A stretch of 59,090 bases of DNA from a virus. Lineage: Duplodnaviria; Caudoviricetes. Location: positions 1 through 59,090 of IMG/VR virus record IMGVR_UViG_3300005581_000015; one strand, given 5' to 3'. The notes under the pieces are model-generated. The model was not told the origin of the DNA and did not search any database. It saw only the letters and a program-made list of their open reading frames with translations. Every line of letters starts with the position of its first letter. Positions within the stretch are counted from its first letter, which is position 1. Shown here piece by piece: positions 47,779 to 56,568 of the stretch. Both the position numbers and the translations under genes were made by a program.

Positions 47779-47804
47779 AAACCCTACATAATGTAGGGTT
47801 TTTT
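47779..47804 (+). terminator. Rho-independent terminator
   Basis: AAACCCTACAT/ATGTAGGGTTT inverted repeat followed by a T-run. Confidence 0.8.
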
Positions 47805-47849
47805 GTTTGTTGCAGAAAAACAACACTGGATTACGCTGAATTATTTTGG

Positions 47850-47878
47850 TTGACCAAAAATGCCCATTTTGCTATAAT
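47850..47878 (+). promoter_or_regulatory. Sigma70-type early promoter
   Basis: TTGACC-N17-TATAAT with extended -10 TG. Confidence 0.85.
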
Positions 47879-47907
47879 AGAAGTATAGTAAGAAACAAGG
47901 AGCAGAA

Positions 47908-48087
47908 ATGCAAATCACTACAGCGATCAAACACTTGCAAAAAGAAGCAGAATTCCTAGGCATGCCCTTGCTGGAAACCCTGCAATTTATCCAAAAAAAT
48001 CCCCTGGCTCAGCCCCAACGCACCATGGAAGCCTATCGGGTGTTTGTGTCACAGGGTAGCAAGATGTTTGCCCCGGTTGACCAATAA
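47908..48087 (+). CDS. 59-aa early hypothetical protein (absent from the ORF track)
   Basis: AAGGAG SD; translates MQITTAIKHLQKEAEFLGMPLLETLQFIQKNPLAQPQRTMEAYRVFVSQGSKMFAPVDQ*. Confidence 0.7.
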   Translation: MQITTAIKHLQKEAEFLGMPLLETLQFIQKNPLAQPQRTMEAYRVFVSQGSKMFAPVDQ

Positions 48088-48105
48088 TTTGGTTTGTTAT
48101 ATAAT
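48077..48105 (+). promoter_or_regulatory. Sigma70-type early promoter
   Basis: TTGACC-N17-TATAAT. Confidence 0.8.
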
Positions 48106-48134
48106 ACTTGTATTGAAACTTTAAAAGGACTTGC

Positions 48135-49169
48135 ATGAGCACTATTCGAGTAGTCAACGGCGTTTATCGTAATCAGCCCGTTCGTAATGTTACTTTTACT
48201 CTTGTAAAAGGGTTTCAAACTGGCGCCAAGGGCGGGTTTGTTACTGTAGACAGCAATGGTTACTTTGGACCCGAGTTTGACAAAGTGCGCATCCGGGTCA
48301 GTGACATCAACGACGTTGAATATGTAAATGGAGAATCTATGCCCCAGGCAAAAACACAGAAGGTAGTAGAGTTTAAAAAAGAAGTGCCGGTAGAGACTGA
48401 AGAACAGGCTATGGCACGTATTCGTGAGCGTTTTGAGATCTTGCATGAGATGACAAAGGCCGCAACTGCCGGCGACATTCGTGCTATGATTGTCAGCGGC
48501 CCGCCCGGCGTAGGCAAGAGCTTTGGTGTTGAGCAAGAAGTTGACAAGGCTTGCTTGTTTGACAAACTCAGTGGCAAGCGACTCCGTGCAGAGGTAGTCA
48601 AGGGCAGTGCTACCCCAATTGGTTTGTACCAAACATTGTACAAATATTCTGACCCCAACTGTGTGTTGGTGTTTGACGACTGTGACAGCATCTTGTTAGA
48701 TGATGTTGCTCTTAACTTGCTCAAGGGTGCCCTGGACTCAGGCAAGAAGCGTAAGATTTCCTGGTTGTCAGAGTCCAGCACTTTGCGACGTGAAGGCATC
48801 CCAGATCAATTTGAGTTCAAAGGCAGTGTTATCTTTATTACAAACTTGAAGTTTGACCAAATGAAGTCGCAGAAGTTGCGGGATCACTTGGATGCATTGC
48901 AAAGTCGTTGTCACTACCTGGACTTGACCTTGGATACCATGCGTGACAAGATCTTACGCATTAAACAGATTGCCAGTGATGGTGTGTTATTCCAAGACTA
49001 CGAGTTTGAGAAGTGTACCCAGGACGACATCATTGAGTTCATGAATACCAACCAAGCTCGCTTGCGTGAGATGAGTTTGCGCATGGCTCTTAAGATTGCA
49101 GACTTGGTCAAGAGCTTCCCTGCAAAGTGGAGACTTATGGCTGAGACTACTTGCATGAAGAGTGCCTAA
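48135..49169 (+). CDS. AAA+/P-loop ATPase
   Basis: GPPGVGKS Walker A, VLVFDDCD Walker B, IFITN sensor and ALQSRC arginine finger. Confidence 0.85.
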   Translation: MSTIRVVNGVYRNQPVRNVTFTLVKGFQTGAKGGFVTVDSNGYFGPEFDKVRIRVSDINDVEYVNGESMPQAKTQKVVEFKKEVPVETEEQAMARIRERFEILHEMTKAATAGDIRAMIVSGPPGVGKSFGVEQEVDKACLFDKLSGKRLRAEVVKGSATPIGLYQTLYKYSDPNCVLVFDDCDSILLDDVALNLLKGALDSGKKRKISWLSESSTLRREGIPDQFEFKGSVIFITNLKFDQMKSQKLRDHLDALQSRCHYLDLTLDTMRDKILRIKQIASDGVLFQDYEFEKCTQDDIIEFMNTNQARLREMSLRMALKIADLVKSFPAKWRLMAETTCMKSA

Positions 49170-49183
49170 GTAGTTTGAACTTT

Positions 49184-49209
49184 GGCAAAAGGGCTTAGGC
49201 CCTTTTGTC
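49184..49209 (+). terminator. Rho-independent terminator (possibly bidirectional)
   Basis: GGCAAAAGGGC-TTAG-GCCCTTTTGTC. Confidence 0.75.
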
Positions 49210-49246
49210 TTGACTATTGTGCTAGAATAGTGTATTATATTAAATA
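49210..49246 (+). promoter_or_regulatory. Sigma70-type promoter plus late TAAATA for the helicase gene
   Basis: TTGACT-N17-TATTAT at 49210-49238; TAAATA at 49241-49246. Confidence 0.6.
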
Positions 49247-49264
49247 CACATTAACATTCAATAA

Positions 49265-50734
49265 ATGAAAACAGCACAATTGGTTATTTCGGATGAAGTC
49301 AACTGTAAAATTAACGGACTTGATTTAGAAACCCGCAAAACACTAAGCAACAAATTCAAATACGACATTCCTTATGCACGTTATCTTCCTGCGGTTAGGT
49401 TGGGGAGGTGGGATGGTAAGATGGCGTTCTTCCATCTTGGTGGATCGTCATTTGTAAATCTGTTGCCAGAGATACTGCCAATATTAGAACGATATGGTTA
49501 TGATATTGAGTTAGAGGACTTGCGCGAATACTCAACTACCTTCGAATTTACACCTGTTACAGAAACTACGTTTGCACACAAAGCCTGGCCCAAGGGTCAC
49601 CCTGCAGAAGGTCAGTCTGTGGTGCTACGTGACTACCAGGTTGAGATTGTCAACAATTTCTTAACCAATCCGCAGTGCCTGCAAGAGGTAGCCACAGGCG
49701 CAGGCAAGACTTTGATGACTGCGGCTTTGAGTTACAGCATAGAAGCACATGGGCGCAGTATTGTCATTGTTCCCAACAAAAGTCTAGTAACGCAAACAGA
49801 AAAAGATTACATTAATCTTGGATTGGATGTGGGGGTATACTTTGGCGATAGAAAAGAGTATAACAAAACACACACAATCTGTACTTGGCAAAGTCTTAAT
49901 AACATGTTTAAGAAGACTAAGACAGGTGAGGCCGAAGTCAACATACACGACTTTATTGAGGGTGTGGTCTGTGTCATGGTTGATGAAGTACACATGGCCA
50001 AAGCAGACGCACTTAAAACACTATTAACTGGAGTATTTGCTAGAGTGCCTATCCGTTGGGGCTTGACAGGAACCATCCCCAAAGAGCAGTTTGAGTTCCA
50101 AGCATTGCATGTCAGTATTGGTCCTGTGATCAGTAGACTCACAGCCAATGAACTGCAACAACAAGGTGTGCTGGCAAACTGCCATGTCAACATTGTTCAA
50201 CTAATTGACAATGTAGAATACAGCAATTATCAAAGTGAGCTAAAGTACTTGCTGGAAGAAACGGGTAGACTTGACACCATTGCTGGGTTAATTAAACAAG
50301 TCAACGAAACCGGCAACACCTTGGTGCTAGTAGACAGGGTGGCCGCAGGCAAAGAGCTAGCAAGTAGACTAGGAGACCGAGCAGTGTTTGTTAGTGGCGC
50401 AACCAAAGCAAAGGATAGACAAGATGAATATGATGAAGTGGCGGAATCGACTGGTAAGATTATCGTGGCGACTTATGGTGTGGCCGCTGTGGGTATTAAT
50501 ATCCCTCGTATTTTTAATTTGGTACTTTTGGAATCCGGAAAGAGCTTTACAAGAGTTATACAAAGCATTGGGCGCGGCATTAGAAAAGCAGAGGACAAGG
50601 ACTTCGTACAAATCTGGGATGTGACCAGTACTTGTAAATTTGCCAAACGTCATTTAACTAAACGCAAGCAATTTTATCGAGAAGCTAACTATCCTTTTAC
50701 TTTAGAGAAATTAGATTGGATGGTGCTTGCATAA
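49265..50734 (+). CDS. uvsW: SF2 DNA helicase UvsW-like
   Basis: LRDYQ, ATGAGKT, VDEVH, GLTGT, GINIP and QSIGRGIR motifs; WDGK N-terminal motif. Confidence 0.88.
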   Translation: MKTAQLVISDEVNCKINGLDLETRKTLSNKFKYDIPYARYLPAVRLGRWDGKMAFFHLGGSSFVNLLPEILPILERYGYDIELEDLREYSTTFEFTPVTETTFAHKAWPKGHPAEGQSVVLRDYQVEIVNNFLTNPQCLQEVATGAGKTLMTAALSYSIEAHGRSIVIVPNKSLVTQTEKDYINLGLDVGVYFGDRKEYNKTHTICTWQSLNNMFKKTKTGEAEVNIHDFIEGVVCVMVDEVHMAKADALKTLLTGVFARVPIRWGLTGTIPKEQFEFQALHVSIGPVISRLTANELQQQGVLANCHVNIVQLIDNVEYSNYQSELKYLLEETGRLDTIAGLIKQVNETGNTLVLVDRVAAGKELASRLGDRAVFVSGATKAKDRQDEYDEVAESTGKIIVATYGVAAVGINIPRIFNLVLLESGKSFTRVIQSIGRGIRKAEDKDFVQIWDVTSTCKFAKRHLTKRKQFYREANYPFTLEKLDWMVLA

Positions 50735-51951
50735 TGCAACCTAGTAATCTTTGCCTAGCACCATTCACTTATATGACTTTTGATCCAGCTACAAATGTCA
50801 GCCCGTGCCCAGCATTGGGCGGAAGTGTTTGGAACTTTAAAGATCAGCCGTTACAACGAATCTGGACCAATGAACAGTTAACTGAATTTAGAGACCACAT
50901 GCTAGAAAACAACAAGCATGAAGTGTGCCATCGTTGTTGGGATGAAGAAGCAGTTGGCATGGACAGCGAACGCACAATGTTATGGGATCCAGACAAAGAC
51001 CCCACCGGAGTTAATACTGTAATTCTTGACAGCGGTAAAACAGCCGCAGATATTTTAAGAAATTACAAACAAGGACCAATGCAACTTATTATCAAAGTAG
51101 GCAATGTTTGTAATCTTCGATGCCGTAGTTGTAATTCTGCAGACAGTATTACTTTATCTGTCGAAGGAAAGTATTATGCAGACCATTATGGATTAACAAA
51201 AAATTTCTATCTTAAAGAGACTGAGACTAAAACATTTACTGATGCACAAATTGATGAGATAATCCAATTTTGCAATAACGTTGTTAGGATTGAATTTTAT
51301 GGCGGCGAACCATTATTGGACAAACAGCTTCCTAAATTTTTACGTAAGTTAGTTGAACTTGATCTTGCTAAAAAAATCAATTTAAACATCAGCACCAATG
51401 TCACACACATAATCAGCGATGAGCTAATTGAAACTTTGTCACATTTTAATCATTTAAACATTAATTTAAGCATTGATGCTTGGGGAGATAAGTTTACCTA
51501 TGTACGACATCCAGGTAAGTGGAATGATGTCTACTGCAACATTAAATGGTTTATCCAACTGCGAGATTCAGGAAAACTAAAGCTATCATTATTGATAGCA
51601 ACAACCGTGACAATAATGAATGTCTACAACTTGCCAGAACTGCTAGATGAATTTGATTTGTTGGAATTACCGGTATTCTTAATATTAGCATGGTTCCCAC
51701 ACTATTATTCTATTAGAAACATCCCAGACAATATTGCACAAGCAATTGCCCAACGTCTAACTGCAACCGGCCGCAACAATCTTCGACCCATTACACAGGC
51801 CCTAAGCAACGGCTTTGATGCAGAACACTGGGGCAAATTTAAGAGTTGGACCATCATGGTTGACAAGTATCGCAACGAATCCTTTGCAACAACATTTCCA
51901 GAATACACAAAATTAATAAAAACCTATGACGATAAGGTTGACTTTGTTTGA
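50734..51951 (+). CDS. Radical SAM protein with N-terminal SPASM/twitch domain
   Basis: CLAPF, SPC and CHRCW; CNLRCRSC, YGGEPLL, STN, LSID and YVRHP.KW motifs. Confidence 0.9.
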   Translation: MQPSNLCLAPFTYMTFDPATNVSPCPALGGSVWNFKDQPLQRIWTNEQLTEFRDHMLENNKHEVCHRCWDEEAVGMDSERTMLWDPDKDPTGVNTVILDSGKTAADILRNYKQGPMQLIIKVGNVCNLRCRSCNSADSITLSVEGKYYADHYGLTKNFYLKETETKTFTDAQIDEIIQFCNNVVRIEFYGGEPLLDKQLPKFLRKLVELDLAKKINLNISTNVTHIISDELIETLSHFNHLNINLSIDAWGDKFTYVRHPGKWNDVYCNIKWFIQLRDSGKLKLSLLIATTVTIMNVYNLPELLDEFDLLELPVFLILAWFPHYYSIRNIPDNIAQAIAQRLTATGRNNLRPITQALSNGFDAEHWGKFKSWTIMVDKYRNESFATTFPEYTKLIKTYDDKVDFV

Positions 51952-51972
51952 CAAATCGTTTAATATACTAAC

Positions 51973-52473
51973 ATGCAAATACTAACTTTAGACGACACAT
52001 CATATGAATTAAATAGCTTGCCAGACGAAGTTGAAGACTTGCGTTTTGCTATTTTTGACAACTCAAACACACAAGATCCAGATTATTATTTTATTCCGTT
52101 GATCTTTCTTGAAAGTTTTACAGCGCCAGCCTTAGTATTACAAATTGGTAGCCACACAGTTAAAATGCCACTGGACTGGCAAATCTTAATTGGAGAGCCA
52201 GACCTAGGTGACTTGGAAGTTCTGCCTCTAACTTCAATAAATGATCGTGGGTTTACGGTATTCCAATTCAATCCACTGAGTAGTTTTAGGCCTAGTTTTT
52301 TGCCCATTGAGATAGTTGACGTCTACAGTGAAGTAACATGGTTTGCTCCTAAATTAAAGAATGGGCAATTCCTATGTGTGCCACTAGACGGTAGTGACAA
52401 TCCTGAATGTGTTTATTTTGTTAAAGATGTAAGTCGTAACTGTGAGATTGTAGATTATAACAAGGCCTGGTAA
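51973..52473 (+). CDS. Hypothetical all-beta protein
   Basis: Clean ORF behind a TTGACT-N17-TAATAT promoter-like site (51938-51966). Confidence 0.65.
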   Translation: MQILTLDDTSYELNSLPDEVEDLRFAIFDNSNTQDPDYYFIPLIFLESFTAPALVLQIGSHTVKMPLDWQILIGEPDLGDLEVLPLTSINDRGFTVFQFNPLSSFRPSFLPIEIVDVYSEVTWFAPKLKNGQFLCVPLDGSDNPECVYFVKDVSRNCEIVDYNKAW

Positions 52474-52913
52474 TGTCTGATAAACTTGATATCAAAAATG
52501 AAATGCGACAGTTTGATAGAAAGAATCGCAATTTCTATCGAGAGTTAACCAACGAGGAACGCAAAAAGTTTAGCAACTATCTCATGATTCGGTGGGGTAG
52601 TGCTGTGGATGGTTCTAGAGAGTTACAGGAATTTTATTTAATTGCAACCAATCAACGATTAAACAAACATTTTTTTACAATAAACCACCATCCAGAGTTA
52701 CAGTGGTTGTTGGCAACTACTGTTAGTCCAGACATGGGTGCACAATATCACCCTTGGATCAAACCCAACAAAAAGGGCGAGGGTAGTAAAAACAAAAAAC
52801 TATTGGCACAGCTATACCCTACATATAAAAACGATGACTTAGAAGTGTTGGCACAATTAGTGACCACAAAAGAGATACAACAAGAATTAAAACGAGTTGG
52901 AATAGAATCTTAA
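52473..52913 (+). CDS. Clamp-loader small subunit (T4 gp62-like)
   Basis: FSNYLMIRW, TNQRLN..F, LQWLL, YHPWIK and LAQLY pattern resembles gp62. Confidence 0.5.
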   Translation: MSDKLDIKNEMRQFDRKNRNFYRELTNEERKKFSNYLMIRWGSAVDGSRELQEFYLIATNQRLNKHFFTINHHPELQWLLATTVSPDMGAQYHPWIKPNKKGEGSKNKKLLAQLYPTYKNDDLEVLAQLVTTKEIQQELKRVGIES

Positions 52914-52914
52914 C

Positions 52915-53835
52915 ATGGCTAAAATTGGAGACATCAAAGACAAGGTTGTAATTGTTGATTATGTCCCAGCATCACACGGGCATTTTATCATAGATACCCT
53001 ACATTCATTGATGTTAAATCGAACATCCATTGATGAATCAATTGGCAATAAAAACTATCATCATTCTTCAGTTATTCCGCAGCCGGTTCTTTGGGGGCAA
53101 ACACTAGAACAAAATATCAACTCTGTTGAATTTATAAATGATAGTTGGATCTCAGACTGTGATAAATTATTTTGGCCATCGCATTGGTCTAATTATTGGT
53201 TGGAAAAACGTTTAGACAAACAACATATCAAATTGCTTAAACGTGACATCGACAATTATCCTATGATAGAAATATATGTAGGCAAAGAATTTTATTTCCG
53301 TTGGTTAATTAATTGGTGGTTTAATGTTGGCACAGTACCAAAAGACAGCATTGCTGATAACAGATATTTTGTAGATAATTTTTATAAAATTTCTCAAGAC
53401 ATACAAAGTACCCGTATGTTTACTACCGCAGTGTCACAAGCCATAACCACTAACCCAGAGAATCATAGGTATACTACTGTTGAAGTAATTTCGATGTTAG
53501 AGGAAATGATAAAGATTGCACACAGCAACACTTATGTTGCGGGCAACACCTGGCCACAACGCCCTTTGAAATCGTTTTATCTAACAAATAAAATCATTTC
53601 ATTTGACATGGCACAATTTTATAGTTACAATAAGTTTGTTGCAATGATAAACAAAATTAAAAATTTCTTTGCACTGCAATTTGATGTCAACGAAGAATAT
53701 TTAAAACATACTTGGATTAGATTCATAAACAATCAGTACCCAATACAAGTATACAACGAATCGGTGCCAGACAACAACTTGCATGTCATTGAACAAGCAT
53801 ATAGATCTTTTTTAAAAAAATGCAAGCTACAATAA
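52915..53835 (+). CDS. Hypothetical protein, possibly sulfotransferase-like
   Basis: VIVDYVPASHGHFI N-terminal loop similar to ORF 10054; AT-rich. Confidence 0.45.
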   Translation: MAKIGDIKDKVVIVDYVPASHGHFIIDTLHSLMLNRTSIDESIGNKNYHHSSVIPQPVLWGQTLEQNINSVEFINDSWISDCDKLFWPSHWSNYWLEKRLDKQHIKLLKRDIDNYPMIEIYVGKEFYFRWLINWWFNVGTVPKDSIADNRYFVDNFYKISQDIQSTRMFTTAVSQAITTNPENHRYTTVEVISMLEEMIKIAHSNTYVAGNTWPQRPLKSFYLTNKIISFDMAQFYSYNKFVAMINKIKNFFALQFDVNEEYLKHTWIRFINNQYPIQVYNESVPDNNLHVIEQAYRSFLKKCKLQ

Positions 53836-54512
53836 AAATAACTTACAGTTGTCAATATTGTAAAAAAGAATTTGCCAAAGAATCAACCGTGAGCAGTCAC
53901 ATGTGTGAGTCCAAGCGCCGTCATTTAGAAATTGATGACCGCGGTGTACAACTTGGGTACCGAGCATTCTTAAGATTCTTTGAGATTGCTGCCAAAAGTT
54001 CACGCACAAAGGATTATTCAGATTTTGTTGGTAGTCCGTACTATCGTGCGTTTGTTAAGTTTGGCAAGTATATTATTGGTGTTAAAGCAATTGCACCAGA
54101 AGCATTTGTTGATTGGCTATTAAAGAATAACAAAAAAATAGATTATTGGTGCAAGGATAGTTTGTATTCAGAATTTTTAAATCAGCATTTAAAAGTTGAG
54201 TCAGTGTCAGACGCACTTGCTCGAGCAATCGAATACGGAATCAACTGGGGCGAAACACAGGGCATGCAGGCACATGACATCATGAGATATGGTAGCCCCA
54301 ACAGAATAGTGTTTGCAATAACCACAGGTAGGATCAGCGCCTGGGCAGTATACAATTCAGATTCAGGGCAAGAGTTTTTAAACAAACTAACTGGAGAGCA
54401 TCTGACAATGATATGGCCATTTATTGATACAGACTTTTGGCAAAAGAAATTCCAAGACAATTCAGATGATCAGGCTTATGCACGTAAAATGTTAAAAATG
54501 GCAGGATGGTAA
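53820..54512 (+). CDS. Zinc-finger-containing replication-cluster protein
   Basis: YSCQYCKKEF.......HMC zinc-finger-like motif. Confidence 0.6.
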   Translation: MQATIKITYSCQYCKKEFAKESTVSSHMCESKRRHLEIDDRGVQLGYRAFLRFFEIAAKSSRTKDYSDFVGSPYYRAFVKFGKYIIGVKAIAPEAFVDWLLKNNKKIDYWCKDSLYSEFLNQHLKVESVSDALARAIEYGINWGETQGMQAHDIMRYGSPNRIVFAITTGRISAWAVYNSDSGQEFLNKLTGEHLTMIWPFIDTDFWQKKFQDNSDDQAYARKMLKMAGW

Positions 54513-54514
54513 TA

Positions 54515-55087
54515 ATGAGCGCAGACATTGATATTGACTTTGGTGATAGATCATCCATTTTGAAGTTGATCAAACACACGCCAGCAATGCAAATTACTCA
54601 AGGGGTAGCTAGGATACACAACAGCGGAGTATATGTCACAGACATTCCCGGGGATCCAATTAATAATTTTGCATCAATTGAGTATAATGAAGCTGAGAGC
54701 CGTGGGTATTTTAAAATTGACTTTTTAAATATGGGTGTTTACCAACTGGTGCAAAGTCCTAATCACTATCAAGAGATGATAGATGCAACCCCTCCTTGGG
54801 ATAGATTATGGCAGGATACTGCATGGGCCAGCCAGCTGGTGCACGTGGGTAACTACACTGAACTGTTGCAGAAAATGCAACCAAAGAATATACCGCAAAT
54901 GGCGGCTTTTATTAGTATTATTAGACCAGGCAAGGCTCATCTGCAAAATAAACCCTGGAAAGAAGTGTTTGAGTCAGTCTGGGATGGCAACGATTCTTTA
55001 GGGTATACATTTAAAAAATCACATGCAATCAGTTATGCCGCCCTGGTGGCATTGCACATGAATTTGTTAAATACTACAAACGTTTAA
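54515..55087 (+). CDS. Minimal DnaE-like (family C DNA polymerase alpha) catalytic-core protein
   Basis: ADIDIDF, HNSGVY, GYFKIDFL, AAFISIIRPG and YTFKKSHAISYA correspond in order to DnaE PDIDxDF, HAAGVV, GLxKxDFL, AxxALxRPG and YxFNKSHAxAY. Confidence 0.8.
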   Translation: MSADIDIDFGDRSSILKLIKHTPAMQITQGVARIHNSGVYVTDIPGDPINNFASIEYNEAESRGYFKIDFLNMGVYQLVQSPNHYQEMIDATPPWDRLWQDTAWASQLVHVGNYTELLQKMQPKNIPQMAAFISIIRPGKAHLQNKPWKEVFESVWDGNDSLGYTFKKSHAISYAALVALHMNLLNTTNV

Positions 55088-55448
55088 CTAGTGTGATACT
55101 TCTACGTTTACCTTTTTTACTAGAAATATTGTTTAAACTACACACCGGGCCGTGTAGGATTTCAAGTTCTCTGTTATTAAATGTGCGTAGCGTGAAGCGA
55201 AATTGGGTCCAATCTTCTTTTAAGAAGATGTTTATGGGAACCTGCCTATTACTTTCCCACCACCAGGTGTTGCCAAGTTCTAAAAATACTTGCTTTTGTA
55301 TTTGCCCGTGAATCATGGCAAAATCGTAGATGGTTGTAATATCTGCGTTTCTGTTTTGTACTATACCAATATACTCCGTGTTGCTATAAACACAGAGTGT
55401 AATAAAGGGGTACTTTTCTGCAAGTTTTGTTAATATATCATTGCCCAT
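55074..55448 (-). CDS. Hypothetical protein
   Basis: Clean ORF (WWWESNRQVPINIFL) with TAAATA just upstream. Confidence 0.7.
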   Translation of the reverse strand: MGNDILTKLAEKYPFITLCVYSNTEYIGIVQNRNADITTIYDFAMIHGQIQKQVFLELGNTWWWESNRQVPINIFLKEDWTQFRFTLRTFNNRELEILHGPVCSLNNISSKKGKRRSITLVKRL

Positions 55449-55457
55449 AAATATTTA
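55448..55457. promoter_or_regulatory. Palindromic bidirectional late promoter
   Basis: TAAATATTTA reads TAAATA on both strands between two divergent genes. Confidence 0.55.
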
Positions 55458-55470
55458 AAAAGAGATCAAC

Positions 55471-56436
55471 ATGTATTCAACCACCGTTTACTTATACCAA
55501 CAAATTCAAAAGGTTTTATTGGTGGACACCAGTGGTGCCTATTTTACCGCGAGATATAATCCTGTGTACGCAAAACAATTAACCATCAACAAAGGGGTTG
55601 ACAATGTGCTGTTGTTTGAGTTTATCAATCAAGAGCAAAAGCCTGTCAACGTTACTGGTAGTACGTTTATTTTCCGCTTGCTAAGTCAAGACGGCAGTCA
55701 AATACTAGTTAGCAAAGAAATGGTGGCACTGAGTGCAAATCTGGGCAGAGTTAAAGTAGTGTTAGAGCCCAGCGACACTGACAACATTGTTGCCCAGCCT
55801 GCCAGTTACAGCATAGAACGCTTTAGTGGTAGCTATGAGCAAGCAGTGTTTACCAATGGTAATAGCGCGGCACGTGGTGATGCTAATGTAGTTGACAGTG
55901 TATTTCCGGAATTTATTGACAGCCGAGAAGTAACAATTCCCACTGTTAATCTTGGCGCCATGTATCCCACCACAAACGGTGCCAATGGCTGGCCCGACTG
56001 GGGAGGTAATCAACCTCCCTATAATCAATTACAGTTGACTGAGTTTTATAGCAGCCATTTTACCACCTATAATGGGTTAGTGACAATACGCATGAACATG
56101 CTGAACTTCACTGGCACAGTTAAAGTACAGTCAGCGGATACCTACCAAAGTCCTTGGTATGATGTTTCAGACAGTACACAGTACCTTAACAAAAGTGGAC
56201 AGGTTTATATGAATGTATTGGGTTTCTATCCATTGTTGCGCCTGGCATTTAACAAGAGCATCGGCACAGGAGCATCAGCAACTGCCACTGTGGAAGATAG
56301 TGTAGTAACTGCAATCACTATAAAGAACGGTGGGCTAGGTTATATTGCCGCACCCAATGTTACTATTTTGGGCGATGGTGCAGGAGCGATTGCTACAGCC
56401 GAAATCAATGGCGGCACCGTGACAATATCAACCTGA
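55471..56436 (+). CDS. Virion structural protein (baseplate/BppU-like N-terminus); probably continues to 56537 across a frameshift
   Basis: KGVDN.L.F.F.N..QKPV motif; C-terminal VTAITIKNGGLGY repeat. Confidence 0.55.
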   Translation: MYSTTVYLYQQIQKVLLVDTSGAYFTARYNPVYAKQLTINKGVDNVLLFEFINQEQKPVNVTGSTFIFRLLSQDGSQILVSKEMVALSANLGRVKVVLEPSDTDNIVAQPASYSIERFSGSYEQAVFTNGNSAARGDANVVDSVFPEFIDSREVTIPTVNLGAMYPTTNGANGWPDWGGNQPPYNQLQLTEFYSSHFTTYNGLVTIRMNMLNFTGTVKVQSADTYQSPWYDVSDSTQYLNKSGQVYMNVLGFYPLLRLAFNKSIGTGASATATVEDSVVTAITIKNGGLGYIAAPNVTILGDGAGAIATAEINGGTVTIST

Positions 56437-56533
56437 TAAGTGGAGGTAGTGGATATTGGCCAGCTAATTTTTCTAATACCGATAACGCCGTAGTAGTAAT
56501 CAACACAGGATTTATTTTAGATATCCTTGCTCG

Positions 56534-56562
56534 TTGACCTGCAATAATTATTATGCTATAAT
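56534..56562 (+). promoter_or_regulatory. Sigma70-type promoter for a leaderless primase mRNA
   Basis: TTGACC-N17-TATAAT with extended -10; ATG at 56569. Confidence 0.75.
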
Positions 56563-56568
56563 CATAGC

